In this document: in pieces, positions 53,303 to 64,000 of the stretch
Numbering within the stretch: position 1 is the stretch's first letter
Layout: every line of letters starts with the position of its first letter
From: Octopus vulgaris
Lineage: Eukaryota
Direction: 5' to 3'
Length of the DNA stretch: 64,000 nt
NCBI GenBank assembly: GCA_951406725.2
Contig: OX597820.1
Span: 85,126,001 to 85,190,000 of the forward strand
The notes under the pieces: model-generated
Seen by the model: the letters and a program-made list of their open reading frames with translations, nothing else
What the model was told of the DNA's origin: nothing
Databases searched by the model: none
Program-made: the position numbers and the translations under genes

Positions 53303-55874
53303 GAATCAAAAGTTGCATATGATCTAGAAATGCACACTAAATCTCTACAGAATACAATGTTAAATCACTGAAGTCTTTTACACTCTTACACAATGAGTAG
53401 ATAACATATGATAGATCGATGTCCAGCAAGCAACATAATTATAATAATTTCAGAAGATTAAAATTAAGCACATATTAATAAGGAAGGAAATTAATTGATC
53501 CGTTCCATTGAACTTCATAAAATATCTCAGAATACATTGAATATGATTTAGTGTGGTATAATATAAAGTCACATTGCCGCGTATTTTATGAGGGTGTTTT
53601 TAATGGTACATGCATTGATAATAGCTACATTGTTGTTATTGTGCAGTCTCACATCATCTATAACCGAGTAGTCACACAGGCAGTCAGACGATCGGCGAGA
53701 CAGGTCATAAAGATTATGCTTCTCATTCACACAATTTCTCTGTTTATCTGAAGATTATGCAGCCTAATTTGATACTTAGTCATGAATCGTATAAGGAGGT
53801 GACTGTTTGTTTGTACATATCGCACGTCCATCCCTTATCTCAGTTTCTGTTTGTGTATCTACTGATGGCTACAGAAGTTACCGGAAAGTTAGATGCAATT
53901 AGTGTTCAACTGCTTCTTTACTCCTGTTTCGGGTGGTATACATCTGAGCAGAATGTCCCTTGTCAATTTGGCTATTGACGATGTAGTTATTTCTGAGTGT
54001 TGTGCAATGTTTTATTTGACCGGGCTGACGGCGAGTGATAGTGTTTTGGCAATGTTGCCGTCGAAGTATGCATACATTTTTTATACACATCTCTTGCTTC
54101 GAGGAAGTATTTCATAAAATTGCCGGAACACAGAATGGTGAGTATTCTTGCGACGAAATATGTACACCTCCATTCATTTCAAGTAATTTGTATCATTGTG
54201 TAGGTGGACTCCGTTTAACCGCTCATGTGCAGTCTTTCGATTATTTTTAGACAACTCTGTGGATTATTTTTAGACAACTCAGAACATTGTTGAAAAGAGA
54301 CTAGGTACACACATAGCACTGTCATAAACACGGTAGATGCAACATATTGGTTTCTCAAAAGTATGGCTTATTTCTAATGGCCTAAAGATGAAACTGCGAA
54401 TTCTCTTAGAAGATTTGTGTGCCATTTTGATTTTTTAAAATGTGTATTCTATTCTATTCTCTAAGAGTGGTGCATATTAATTTTTATCTTCCTTGTATGT
54501 GTGTTTGCGTGTGTTTGTGTATGTACGTGTGTGTGTGTTTGTTTTTGCGTGTGTTTGTGCGTGTTTGTCTCTGTATATATACGTACGCGTGCGATTGACA
54601 AAAATTTAATAATATTCACTGTGATGGGAGTTGTATTTGATATTGCTTGGTTGTGCTGATAAAACGGAAGACAGCCCGAGTGTGAATTGGAGCAATATTT
54701 ATTAATAGAGTAAATGGTTGTAGAAGATGTTGCGGTATTTGATAGATAGAAATGTTATAATTATGGAGATTGCTTTTATGTTATTCTCTCGATATACAAT
54801 AAGTTATATTATTGTTCCCTTTATTGATCCGGTTTTTATTGTTGTTTATATGTTTGTCATTTATTTTTGATGTTGCCATTGATATTTTCGTGTTGTTTTT
54901 TATTGATTTGGGTCGGGTTAGGTCAACTCTGAGCGAAACATAAATATGATCAAAGGCTTCAAACTAAAAACATTGTTCAGAAATATCGTATCCCTTTTGG
55001 GTACTTTGCCTCTATCTCACTGCAGCTTAACAGCTCCAGTTGATTGTATACTGCGTTTAATATTATGACCGCAATGCTGTTTTTCCCGAGTTCTCTTTTA
55101 AAAGCATACAAACGAGAGTTCCTGTATCATCCCCGTCCGTATTAATTTTTATTGCAGAATGTGACATGTAAAGGATCAGCCACTGCTTCAGCCGCATTAG
55201 TCATACTTATCTGAGAATGCATACAACGTATTTGCACACTGCCCGATCGCACATGATTAACATACTAAAAACACTCAACCTTACATTAACTAATGGCTTT
55301 CGTTTTAAGAAGATGGAGACTTACGTTTAGGCAGGTTTAGCAGCTGTTTAGAATAGGTCGAAATGACCGCGTTCGAGATTACGACATCAAGCATTTTCTT
55401 CATGTTTATACAGGTAATGCGAAATACTATTTACCGTGCTTTTTAAGTGCCAACTTAGAAGTTATATAGTACAATTAAGCAACGCATCAAATATGTAAAC
55501 AAACCAACACAGTATTCATTTGACACTAGGTACATCATATTTCACATAATCTGAAGCAAAACACTTGATATTGCAGTAAACACTGATTAAACATTTCAAT
55601 AGAAACATCTCAGTCAAGTCACATAGAGGGTTGCCTTGGCTCGTAGATGATACAACAGACGACCGGTGTTTCGAGTATTGCAGTTGAGAAGGAGAAACTT
55701 ATTGAAATGGTTGTGTTACAGATTCAATGTTAATTACAGAGACCTCATAATGTTCTTAAGAATATATGAACTACATCATTCGGTTACAATGTTAAATATA
55801 TATATACATACATGTAATACATATAGATCCACATATATACTAATATATATACACATATATACACGTACATATAC

Positions 55875-55933
<59 letters not shown>

Positions 55934-55976
55934 GGATGAGAGAAACAGAAAATGAAGTTAGCAAGAATCAATATTC

Positions 55977-56071
55977 AACATAACGATCGTTTCGATCCAT
56001 ACTTGCGGGTGGGATATTGTACAGCTAACTGTGTTGCAGCCACCAGTGAAGGCTGCATCTCATCATGTGTC
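55977..56071 (-). ncRNA. Decayed type I hammerhead-like motif beside (TA)n
   Basis: GACAC [ATGATGA] GAT...ATC [GAA] ACGATCGT T ATGTT; C3 mutated and one stem I mismatch. Confidence 0.4.
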
Positions 56072-56619
56072 TCGTTTTAAATCACTTATATATGCATATG
56101 CAGATTTGTGTGTGTGCCTCTGTGTGTATTATACACTTTAAAATTGCTAATAGAAAATGATGAAACTTACAATTAAGTGCACATTGCAATCAAATCAAAC
56201 ATATGATGTAATGGAAACCAATGTGTTAGACTTCACCCCAAAATGATCAAGAACCGGACTTTGTGGTACGTAAAATGTGGAACTGTTATTTGTTTACATC
56301 TATCTCATTTGACACACATGGCTTCTGATATTTCTTCTCTCTTAACCATAAAGGTCATTGTTATTTTTAATTTTATTCATAACATGATTTCATATCTAAA
56401 ATTCTCTTTGATTGCAAATTTAAAGGCAATTTTAAAATATATTCATTTTCACCATAGGCACGAGACCTGAAATTGTGGGAGATGATGATACAGCGAAAAC
56501 ATCGATCCAAGTACTCAAATTATGCTTATTTTACCAGGTGTGAAAGGATAAAAGGAGAAAGTAATACAGCTATGTTCAAAAAGCTTCAAATTAAACGAAC
56601 CACACAGTATGAAGAATTA

Positions 56620-56990
56620 TCAAGATATTTCAACAGTCTGTTTCCACCGCTGATCGACCTGGACATTGCCGAAAAGTACCAGAGAAAAGATACGGCGAAA
56701 AACTCGTTGTGAGTGGCTGTCAAGGCAAACATTAGCCGAACGTCGATGTATCGAGTGATGAAAGAGGAGTTGAGAACTCATCTCTACAAGTTGATCTGTC
56801 ATCATGAGCTCACGCAAGTTTATAAAGCCATGAGACTGGAGAGAAGTCATTAAATCCTGCATCAGATTGCTGAAAGTACACTGTCCAACATGGTGCACAC
56901 TAATGAAAATATATTTGACATCGAACAGACAGTAAACCGCCAGAATGACCGAATTTGTAGTGTATCTGGCTCTGTGAGACACAATCTAAG
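56620..56990 (+). mobile_element. Tc1/mariner (maT/DD37D-like) transposase fragment
   Basis: ANISRTSMYRVMKEEL..HLYKL and HTNENIFDIEQTVNRQNDRI (cf. FSDEKxFxxEQxxNxQNDR). Confidence 0.65.
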
Positions 56991-57114
56991 TGTATCTAGC
57001 TCATAAACAGACTTCATAACCCAACCAGATTCGGATTGGGTGGCTGTGACAGCCACTGGAGAGTTTTCCTTCGTTCTTGTTTTGCATTCTTGTACCATTT
57101 TTGCATTTTATATA

Positions 57115-57444
57115 CAAGAAATAGTCCCCAGGACTTATTCTTCGTAAGCATAGTACTTTGTAACACTAGTACTTATTTTATCGAACTGCTATATAACAGG
57201 GACGTAAATACAAAAACATCAGTTCTCAAGCGATGGTGGAAGGACAGACACAAAGACACACTCATAATTATATACATATATGTGATGTGCCTCTTTCAGT
57301 TTCCGTCTACCAAATCCACCCACAAGGTTTTGGTCGACTTGTGGCTATTGTAGAAGACAATTGCTTAAGGTGGCCTGCAGTGGGACTGGACCCGGAAACA
57401 TGTGGTTGATAAGCAAGATTCTAACCACACAGCCTCACATGCGC

Positions 57445-57445
<1 letters not shown>
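57115..57445 (-). mobile_element. Bipartite tRNA/CORE SINE
   Basis: ttcagtttccgtctaccaaatccacccacaagg...gtgggactggacccggaaacatgtggttgataagcaag...ccacacagcc. Confidence 0.75.
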
Positions 57446-57513
<68 letters not shown>

Positions 57514-57724
57514 TACATACACATACACGCACACACATATATATTATGCAGTATGACTTTCAATATAATACATTCTGTTTAACTTTTCATCTCATTTGAA
57601 CGCTATTTAATTTTTAATTACACGTTCAGCAATTAAAGTGTGCAATGCTTCGTGTCCATGATTTTAGCTAAGCTCGATGGAGCCGTTGATAATATAATTG
57701 CTATATAATGACACGCTATTCAAC

Positions 57725-57760
<36 letters not shown>

Positions 57761-57924
57761 CCAAGCACGTGGACGCGCACGCATAAGCAGCACAGCGCAT
57801 ACTAATACATACACATGTAAAAGTGTATGCAACTCCCTGTAATTAACTCCCTCGCCTTTACTATCTTTTCTCTCTCACTTTTTCTCTCTCTCGCTCTCTC
57901 TCTCTCTTTATATATATATGTATA

Positions 57925-57985
<61 letters not shown>

Positions 57986-58054
57986 GTATATATATGTATA
58001 TATATATACATATATATATATATGTATATATATGTATATATATATGTATGTATG

Positions 58055-58100
<46 letters not shown>

Positions 58101-58245
58101 ATATGTATGTATACACACGCATACGTGGTCATACATTTACACACGCATATGTATGCATATGTATACGTATATGTAAGTCTGTTTATATACATATATGTGT
58201 GTGCGTGCGTGCGTGTGTGTATCTGTGTGTGTGTGTATGTGTGTG

Positions 58246-58470
58246 TATAAAATACAAAAATGCGACAAGAACGCAAAAGATCCAGACAGCTAGGTGGTAC
58301 AAAAAAGGAACAACAAAACATCTAGACAGAGGATACAAAGAAAACAATGACGGGTCATTCAGAGTTTTCTCTCCTCAGTCGTGTTCCAGATTATCTTTGC
58401 AAGTCTTTCTTTTGTATAACCTAACTGTCTGGATGTTTTGCGTTCTTATCCAATTTTTGTATTTTTTATA
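58246..58470. mobile_element. Short element with ~60-bp inverted ends (fold-back/MITE-like)
   Basis: caagaacgcaaaagatccagacagctaggtggtacaaaa (left) vs ttttgtataacctaactgtctggatgttttgcgttctt (right); tata at both termini. Confidence 0.6.
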
Positions 58471-58945
58471 TATAAAAATATAGCGGCTTATGTACACAAA
58501 ATTGAATAACTCATTAAAATACCATTTGTTATAAATGGAGCCATTGTTGTAAAACAACAAATTACTCACTATTAAAATACACACGGTGAATGCAATAAAC
58601 AAGCTACCCATGTATGAACTACAGAAGTAAGGAATGCATACATTCCGGGATCAATTGATTTCGCTTTTTGTATGAAAAATAATACTTAAGTTCGTCACGC
58701 TAACTTAACGCTAGAACAACTATTTCTGAAATATTCATCACAATACACCGTATGTGTACTTAAAAAAAAAAGGCCCTGCGAAATTCAGAACGAATATATC
58801 GCGAACCATTATAATTTGAAGTGAAATAGGTATCGGTACTATTATTAATGATAATAATGATAATAATAAAGTGACTAGCAAGTTTAAACCTTTATAGGTA
58901 AAACATAAACAAAATTCAATATATATATATATATATATATATTTT

Positions 58946-59141
58946 ATTTATTTTATAGAAGGAGCTTCTACAGGACTAGAACTGTTTCATTCAAAAGAAA
59001 TCATCAGGAGCTTCCTGATGATTTCTTTTGAATGAAACAGTTCTAGTCCTGTAGAAGCTCCTTCTATAAAATAAATTAATTTACTCTGCTATGTATTGAG
59101 TACCTTATTTACTGTGGTTAACCCCGACTCAACCCGGGACC

Positions 59142-59143
<2 letters not shown>
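58946..59143 (+). mobile_element. PLE-like pseudo-LTR fragment: perfect 64-bp inverted repeat plus canonical hammerhead, in (TA)n
   Basis: Arms 58946-59009 and 59013-59076 are exact reverse complements; (TA)n on both sides. Confidence 0.8.
59006..59062 (+). ncRNA. Type I hammerhead ribozyme (canonical CUGAUGA/GAAA; cleavage predicted after A59053)
   Basis: AGGAGCTTC [CTGATGA] t TTC-tttt-GAA t [GAA] ACAG-ttctagtc-CTGT A GAAGCTCCT: 9-bp stem I, 4-bp stem III, GUA triplet. Stem II is closed by U-U. Confidence 0.8.
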
Positions 59144-59193
<50 letters not shown>

Positions 59194-59612
59194 TATACGT
59201 CAAAAACGTGAAATGCATATTTCGAGAGGCATACACAGGGAGAGAAAAAGGGAATCAAACGCGAATGGGAGCGACAGAGATATATTCGAGCGAACAAAAC
59301 ATCAATTTCCACACGTTGGTTTTAATTTACTTTGCTTTTGTGTTGGTGATTTTTTGTTCTGCTTTGTTTTCCTGCTCGTATGGATCTCCTAAGCACCGAT
59401 GTAGTGAACAAAAGTTTGTTGGCTTTCTATCTATTGACACGGTGTGATATACCACAATAGCAGATTGTATACACAAGCGAATCTGTCTAGCAGAATGAGT
59501 GTATAACGCGGAGTGCACGTGAATTTGTCTAATTTAACACACACACACACACTCAGATAGCTATACAGAGACATACATACACAGATGTATGTGTGTATAT
59601 GTATGTATATGT

Positions 59613-59670
<58 letters not shown>

Positions 59671-59999
59671 TTATCATTCTCTGTGTGTACATGTCAATGT
59701 CTACGGGTATAGTTGATGTATATCTACGATATATATGCATATGTACGTATGTGTGTATGTGTGTATATGTACACCTAAGCATATAATTGATTTTGGAAAT
59801 TGAAATACTATTGATTTTCGTGTGAAAACCTCAAAGAATGACATGTGTTCCTTCGCAAAGTGCATTGTTAAATTGTGCTGGTGTACAATAGCCGATTTAG
59901 TGAATTATACCAAGTGGATAGGTGGATGCTATGGACAGGTATGTGTGTGTACGTATAATACCTCTCTTTCTATCTCTGTCTGTCTGTCTGTCTGTCACT

Positions 60000-60101
<102 letters not shown>

Positions 60102-61009
60102 GTATGTATATATATAGTTATATATATATGCGTGTATATATATATAATATGGACTTATGTATCCCTGCATTTATGCCCATTTCTATTATGAATGTGTGTG
60201 TATATCGATATTGGCTCACACCGAAATAATGCATACAACATGTCTATAAGATTTCCTAACAGAAGTTCGTGTTAACCTAACACTATTGTTAAGAATATGA
60301 TGTGGATGCCTGCGATAGCCCATTGCAGATTCGATGTTATATATATATATATATGCATGTATATATATATATTGCTGCTAGCATTCTATTGCTGAAGAAA
60401 GTGTAATTTATCGATCGATTGAAAGCAACACGTATATATATTATTGTGATGTGCTAATTGTGTGCGTCTTTCTTCATATAATTGCATCCCCAAATTCAAT
60501 GGACGATCGACAAACCCTTTTGTATTGCTTCACCACATTTTTTGTCGCAGTTACGTATGTGCATGAGGCACACACAGAGTCTCATGCGTGACTACACATG
60601 TCAGTTACACACACATACACATACACACACACACACATATATATATATACACATACACACATGAGCACACACAAACACGCACACAAGCACATATACACAT
60701 TTAAACATATATATCAATTTATATGTATGTATGTGATTATATAGGTGTATATATATATATTTGAGTGTATATCTTACTGAACATCCTACGATGGATTCAG
60801 TTGTATACTTTTTACTTGAATTTTTTTTTTACATTTGCCACTTGTTTAATTCTGGATTCAGGTCAATATGATAGGTCCTCAACAGCCCCTTTTATGGTGC
60901 AACGTAACCGAAGTGCCAGACAGTGAAAGTGATAGGGACAGAGAAAGAGAAAGAAACAAATAGAGGTAGGGAAGGAGAGGTTAGTAATGAGAGTGGTTAG
61001 ACGATAGGT

Positions 61010-61047
<38 letters not shown>

Positions 61048-61574
61048 TTTTATTATTTAACTTGCTTCAATCATCTGACTGCAGCCATTCTGCGGCACCG
61101 CCTTTAGTCTAGGAACTCAATTTGCCGGACCGCTATTTAATGGTGACAGAAACACACCAAGAACAGTTGTCAAGCGCTGGTGGGGGGACAAACACAGGCA
61201 CACAAATACATGCATACATATATATACATACATCTACATATATATATATACACACACATATATATATATATACACATATACAAATATATTTATATAGAGA
61301 GAGAGATAGAGAGGTATATATAATATAAATATATGCATATATATATATATATGTACATACCGTACATACTTAGACGTATATGTATATATACATGCATATA
61401 TGGGTAAAGGACATCAAAATATCGTTAACACAATGAGAAACGAAAACATAAAAACAAAAACATAAAAAACGAACATGCAATATAAAGAATATTTCCCTTC
61501 GTCAGTTGTCCCTATTTCATCTACTCCGCCATCGAAGGCAAGGACAATACGCGACCTGCTCCTCTTCGCCGTTC

Positions 61575-61920
61575 CCTCTCTCTTATCAACCACATGGTTC
61601 TGGATTCAGTCCAACTGCGAGGCAACATGGGAAGATGTCTTCTACTATAGCCTCTGGCCGACTAAAACCTTGTCAGTAGATTTGGTAGACGAAAGCTGAA
61701 AGAAGCTCGTCATATATATATGTGTGTGTATGTATGGTTGTACGTCTGTGTTTGATACCCTCCTACTATCACTTGACAACCAATGTTGGTGTGTAAACCT
61801 TCCCGTAAACTAGCGGTTCGGCGAAAGACACCGATAAAATAAGTACCAGGCTTACAACGAATAAGTTCTGGGGTAGATTTGTTCGACTAAATGCAGTGCT
61901 CCAGCATGGCCGCAGTCAAT
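61575..61920 (+). mobile_element. Bipartite tRNA/CORE SINE with internal microsatellite
   Basis: ccacatggttctggattcagtcc...gtcttctactatagcc...gatttggtagacgaaagctgaaagaagc-(TA/TG)n-...ataagtaccaggctta...gtgctccagcatggccgcagtc. Confidence 0.8.
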
Positions 61921-61928
61921 ATATATGA

Positions 61929-62012
61929 GGAATTCCAAACACGTTTCATGGTTCGCCACCTTAACAGCTCCTTTGTAGGATCCAGTGGATAAAGGCATCA
62001 TCAGGAGAATCC
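61929..62012 (-). ncRNA. Degenerate type I hammerhead-like motif
   Basis: GGATTCTC [CTGATGA] ...50 nt... [GAAAC] GT GT T TGGAATTCC; stem I pairs at 7/8 positions counting GU pairs, stem II poorly closed. Adjacent to atatat. Confidence 0.35.
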
Positions 62013-62499
62013 ACGTTCGGTTTCGGCCCCTACTCCACTACCGTTTTCGCCATGCCCCTCCCCATCATTTCAGAGGTGTCTTTATCTCTGATATTAAGTG
62101 CGTTTCTTCTTTCTCCTTTTGCTTTGGTTTCTTTCCTGCTTCGTCAACGAATGTCAGTCGGCGAATGACCATCGTGCCAAATTTCCCTTTAAATACTCGC
62201 AGGTTGTCTCCATTAACCAGCACCAGCAAACTGACACGTGACACTAACTAAGCTTCAACTGACAAGTGGAGGGGAAGGGCGCGTAGTTTTCGCCCGCGTC
62301 CTCTCAAAACCTGCCTTCCAACAGCGTCGTGTTATTTTCTGTTCTAGCAGCCAGAGCCGACTTGCTGTTTGGCTATACAAGCCTTCGAACGAGGTGGAGC
62401 GCAAGCTATGAATGAGATCACTAACTTGGCCTGTCAATCAACGATTTTGCTTAAGTGTCAGCCAGCCTCACCTAGCGACGCTATTTCCCAGTCAGCATG

Positions 62500-63150
62500 C
62501 TATGACTTTAAAACCATTTTGGGTCTTCTTGCTTCAGCCATATATAGAAGCTGTCTTTTTCGACTGCCTTCCGTGTCTTCCTTATTACTTTTCTCAGCTC
62601 TGAGCTCGAAAATGCAAACCTTCTTTTAAGTAACGTCACCATCTTCATTTCAATGAAGCTTCTAGCCCTCACTGCCAGGTGGTAGTATTCGACAGTCCAT
62701 CCTTGTTTTCCGCACTCTTCTATTAATCTCTCATACCTCTCCTCCTTCCGGTGCTCTGCATTAGCGATGTTCTTTTCCCATAGCACTATCAGTTCTAATA
62801 AAATTCCTATTTCCGCTCTGTGTTCCATGGGATTAAGTCCAGTCTTTTTGTTCTTTTTTTTCCCCAAATCCGCTACCAGCTCCCAGTATCCCTTCCATCT
62901 TTCGTCTGTATACTTTATTTGAATGCCTGGTCTTATATCCTTTTCCTTCCTTTTGGAAGTATAACCTTCTGCACTTATCCAGTTTTGGGCACTCTCCCCT
63001 ATTATATCCCTTGATCTTCTCCTTGAGTGCTGTGCTTATGGCACCAAGGACTTGATTGTGACACCATGCATATTTGTTTTGTGCTAGCCTGCAGTTTGAC
63101 AGAAATATCTCAACGTCGCTTTATCTCCGTATCTACTTTCATCAGTTGTT
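62500..63150 (-). mobile_element. 3' fragment of an RLE non-LTR retrotransposon (HERO/NeSL-like)
   Basis: WCHNQVL and LLELIVLWEKNIANAEHRKEERYERL..C..QGW..YHLAVRARSF (cf. ELTVPWEE..A.ERK..RY..L..GW..VEVGxRGF). Confidence 0.7.
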
Positions 63151-63566
63151 TCTATGATCCACCCTAGTAAATTAAAGGTAAATCGTCGAAGGTAGACTTG
63201 ATCAGGAATGCACTGCATCTTTCTTTCATCCTTTCTACTCTACTCGAGGCTATTTCGTACATTTGCAATGGCCACATTATCATTGGGGGCAGTCCAAATG
63301 TATGTATTCATGGGTGTATGTATGCACGTATGTATATATGTATATATGTATATGATAAACAAACATTGGAAGCAAGAAATTTCTTGGGTAGTTCAAGAGA
63401 TTTCGAACGCTGTATAGTTATGAAAACAACAGAAAGATTGCCTAAGTACTTTATCCTCATAAGTCGGAATAGATTTGCCAGCAAACATAAAAGGGAAATG
63501 AAGTCCGTATCCTTCAGATATCCGACAATATTTTCCCATTTTCTAAAGGTTAAATTTCGAATTTTT

Positions 63567-63614
<48 letters not shown>

Positions 63615-63632
63615 CAAATAAGAAAATGGAGG

Positions 63633-63689
<57 letters not shown>

Positions 63690-64000
63690 TTTGAAACGTG
63701 TATTTTTAAACACATATACTCTTTTACATCTTGCTCATTGACCACTCGGAAGTGAGTACTACGTTGTAGGTTATAGCACGCTTCTGGTACTTGCTTTAGT
63801 GGCCCATATAGCTGCCAAGAGTAACAGACTTTCTTCCTTGGACCCAACGAAACGTATCACAGAGCAGATTAAGATAGCTGGTGCGAAAGATGTTTGCACT
63901 AACATTCAGTTGGTAGCCATTTTCAATTCCGTGGACAAAAGGAACGTGAAGGGGTACGAGTTGGTAAAAGACACAAATTACCACTCTGCCCAGGAATGGA

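Noticed and set aside
54240-54281. 23-bp tandem duplication gattatttttagacaactc
   Set aside because: Ordinary slippage duplication.
55655-55760. Minus-strand ..TTATGAG...CTCGAAACACCGGTC hammerhead-like remnant
   Set aside because: Core too degenerate and stems unconvincing.
61495-61545. Minus-strand CTGACGA-AGGG core
   Set aside because: No correctly placed GAAA or stems.

Overview
Very AT-rich, repeat-dense eukaryotic DNA with abundant (TA)n, (CA)n, (TACA)n and (TAA)n microsatellites. The tRNA-derived CORE/Meta-type SINE families resemble those of octopus, so a cephalopod intronic or intergenic region is likely (inference). No intact protein-coding gene is visible, and most listed ORFs are microsatellite read-throughs. 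Recognisable content: (i) several decayed restriction-like-endonuclease (RLE) non-LTR retrotransposons of R4/Dong type, most of them bordered by (TAA)n tracts, plus RTE, HERO-like and CR1-like fragments; (ii) mariner/Tc1 (maT-like) remnants, MITEs and a probable non-autonomous Helitron/Helentron; (iii) many SINEs. The most notable signal is a set of short non-coding elements that sit in or beside (TA)n tracts, often begin with a fold-back (inverted) copy of themselves, and carry type I hammerhead ribozyme (HHR) folds found by eye. This is the signature of Penelope-like element (PLE) pseudo-LTRs and retrozymes. The best case is 17721-19611: an ORF-less 588-bp unit repeated about 2.7 times head-to-tail plus an inverted partial copy, with four hammerheads whose GUC cleavage sites on the + strand lie exactly 588 nt apart, i.e. 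a candidate circRNA-producing retrozyme. All folds and family calls are manual and need Infernal/RepeatMasker and biochemical confirmation.
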